DNA from: Macrostomum lignano
Lineage: Eukaryota
Direction: 5' to 3'
NCBI GenBank assembly: GCA_002269645.1
Contig: NIVC01000721.1
Location: 62,001 to 126,000, forward strand
DNA: 64,000 nt
In this document: positions 62,385 through 64,000 of the stretch, one piece after another
Numbering within the stretch: position 1 is the stretch's first letter
How the letters are laid out: the number at the start of each line of letters is the position of its first letter
The notes under the pieces: model-generated
Told to the model about the DNA's origin: nothing
The model's database searches: none
What the model saw: the letters and a program-made list of their open reading frames with translations, nothing else
Made by a program: the position numbers and the translations under genes

Positions 62385-62945
62385 GCACGACAATTGACTG
62401 CCACAATTTGACTGCAGTCAATTTGACTGCGAACAATTTGACTGCCAAGCAATTTGACTGCCGACAAAATGACTGTGAACAAAATGACTGCAGACAAAAT
62501 GACTGTGGAAATTTGATTGCCAACAATATGACTGCGGCAATTTGACTGCCAACAATATCATACATGCGCAACCTCCGAAATTCGGTCGGCCATGCGACTT
62601 AGTTTTAACAAAAATGCGACGTAGTTTTTGGCCAAAAATGCGACTTAGATGTAAAAAAAACCCTAAAGCTAAATTAACGCAACTTTGGGTAAACGGCAGA
62701 AGTAACTATGACTGTCTTATTAACTCAAAATGCCTCGTCAGCTACTTAGTACTACTACTTCGTTATTTTTCGGGTGGCCGTTTTTGCGACTTCCTTGGTT
62801 GGCCGCCAAATCGGTCGGCCGGATCGGCCGACTCGGCCGACTGTTGCGCATGTATGAACAATATGACTGCGGCAATTTGGCTGCTAGCAAAATGACTGCA
62901 GCAATTTGACTGCCGAGCAATTTGACTGACAGCGAAATGATTGCC
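62385..62945. repeat. Two clusters of ~15-16-bp aatttgactgc repeats flanking a core; probably the subterminal array of a DNA transposon
   Basis: caatttgactgc / aaatgactg repeats at ~62390-62550 and ~62860-62945 in the same orientation. Confidence 0.6.
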
Positions 62946-64000
62946 AGAAAAATGATGCTCCTAAAGTTTAGCACTCTGTCAACCCTTTTAAGTCAATGCA
63001 TGTAGTGAAATATTGTATTTGCAGAACAGAACACATAACTTTTATACAACAGGCTGTAACAGCTGTTGAAACCCGCGGATTTTGAACAGTGGGAAATGGG
63101 AATTCCAATCTTAGGAACTATTTTGCATATATTCTAAAATCTGAAGTTAAACTCAAGCAAAAACTTTTATTATTAGAGTTAAACATAACATATAGAATGG
63201 GCGCTTCCTCGCAGTTTAGGCTACTGGTTTTCTATTTGCTACTAAGGATTTTACTAGTGGATTATTATCTGCTGTCCTGATTTGAGATTTGGTAGAATTG
63301 CTGCCACCAGGCTTCCTGTTTCCTAGCCCTATTATTGTAGAGCCAAAGGATTGACTCAGGAAAACTGAATTGTTTAACAAAAGTTTTATACTTCAAAAGA
63401 AAACAAAATAAAACAGCATGCAATGGCTGGTGCAAAATGTCAGGCATCGACTACCTGTAGGTGTACTGCTTCGGCATCAACTACCTCGACAGTTTTACTT
63501 TAAAATTTCTCAATATTCCCTGCCTCTTACCTTCCTAATTTCTGAGATCTGCCGCCAGCCAGCGGAAATAAAACTAACTAACAAGTCTGTTCTCCCAAGC
63601 CCTAAACTGTTTTATACTTCTAGAGAATCCCAAAAACTAGCAATTTTCCCCCACTCTAATTACTTTCCCAAACCTAAACTACTGACAGTAGGCAAAAAAG
63701 CATATCTGCTTCGCTACTAACTCCCATTCCTAAATAATGCCCTACTACACATAGATTACATTCCTGTAAAATTAGGATTGGAGGCAAACTATTGATATTG
63801 TTGGCTGGCATGCGGCGCAGAATGTCAGAAAAACTCTGGCCTCTACTTCTGCCTCTCGATCCCTATGTTCCTTGCATCCTTTGAACCTTCTATCTTCTCT
63901 TCTGTTTTCTTACTTCTCTCTCGTCTCTTTTCTCTTGTCTCTGCTCTCTCATCTCCCCTCTCTCATCTGTCATCTTTACTCTCTTATATTGGTATGTTCT

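Overview
Eukaryotic (animal) genomic DNA with short GT-AG introns, GC-rich exons, intronic minisatellites and many single-base indels. The style resembles a long-read invertebrate, possibly flatworm, assembly; the species is not established. From left to right: (1) the tail of one and a full copy of a second tandem secreted CAP-EGF gene (0.6-4.7 kb); (2) an ~9.3-kb, 2-intron gene (8425-17741) that appears to encode one ~3,050-aa protein made of a CxxC..CxxC Zn module, a Dicer/RIG-I-type DExH helicase, a cellular RdRP (DLDGD intact), a Cid1/TUTase-type nucleotidyltransferase and an unassigned C-terminus, broken in this sequence by four -1 frameshifts; (3) a ~22-kb transposon block (tRNA-derived SINEs, RNase H-bearing LINE, decayed Gypsy copies, a very young Mag-type LTR element with both LTRs and TSD, a hAT-like MITE, a Crypton tyrosine-recombinase element with a terminal hairpin); (4) three co-oriented minus-strand genes, PPAN/SSF1, a claudin-like gene and CEBPZ/NOC1, interleaved with purine-rich minisatellites; (5) AT-rich DNA with a THAP remnant, MITEs and Mutator-like TIR elements. 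The standout is the helicase-RdRP-nucleotidyltransferase fusion, which resembles an RNA-directed RNA polymerase complex (RDRC) encoded as one polypeptide.
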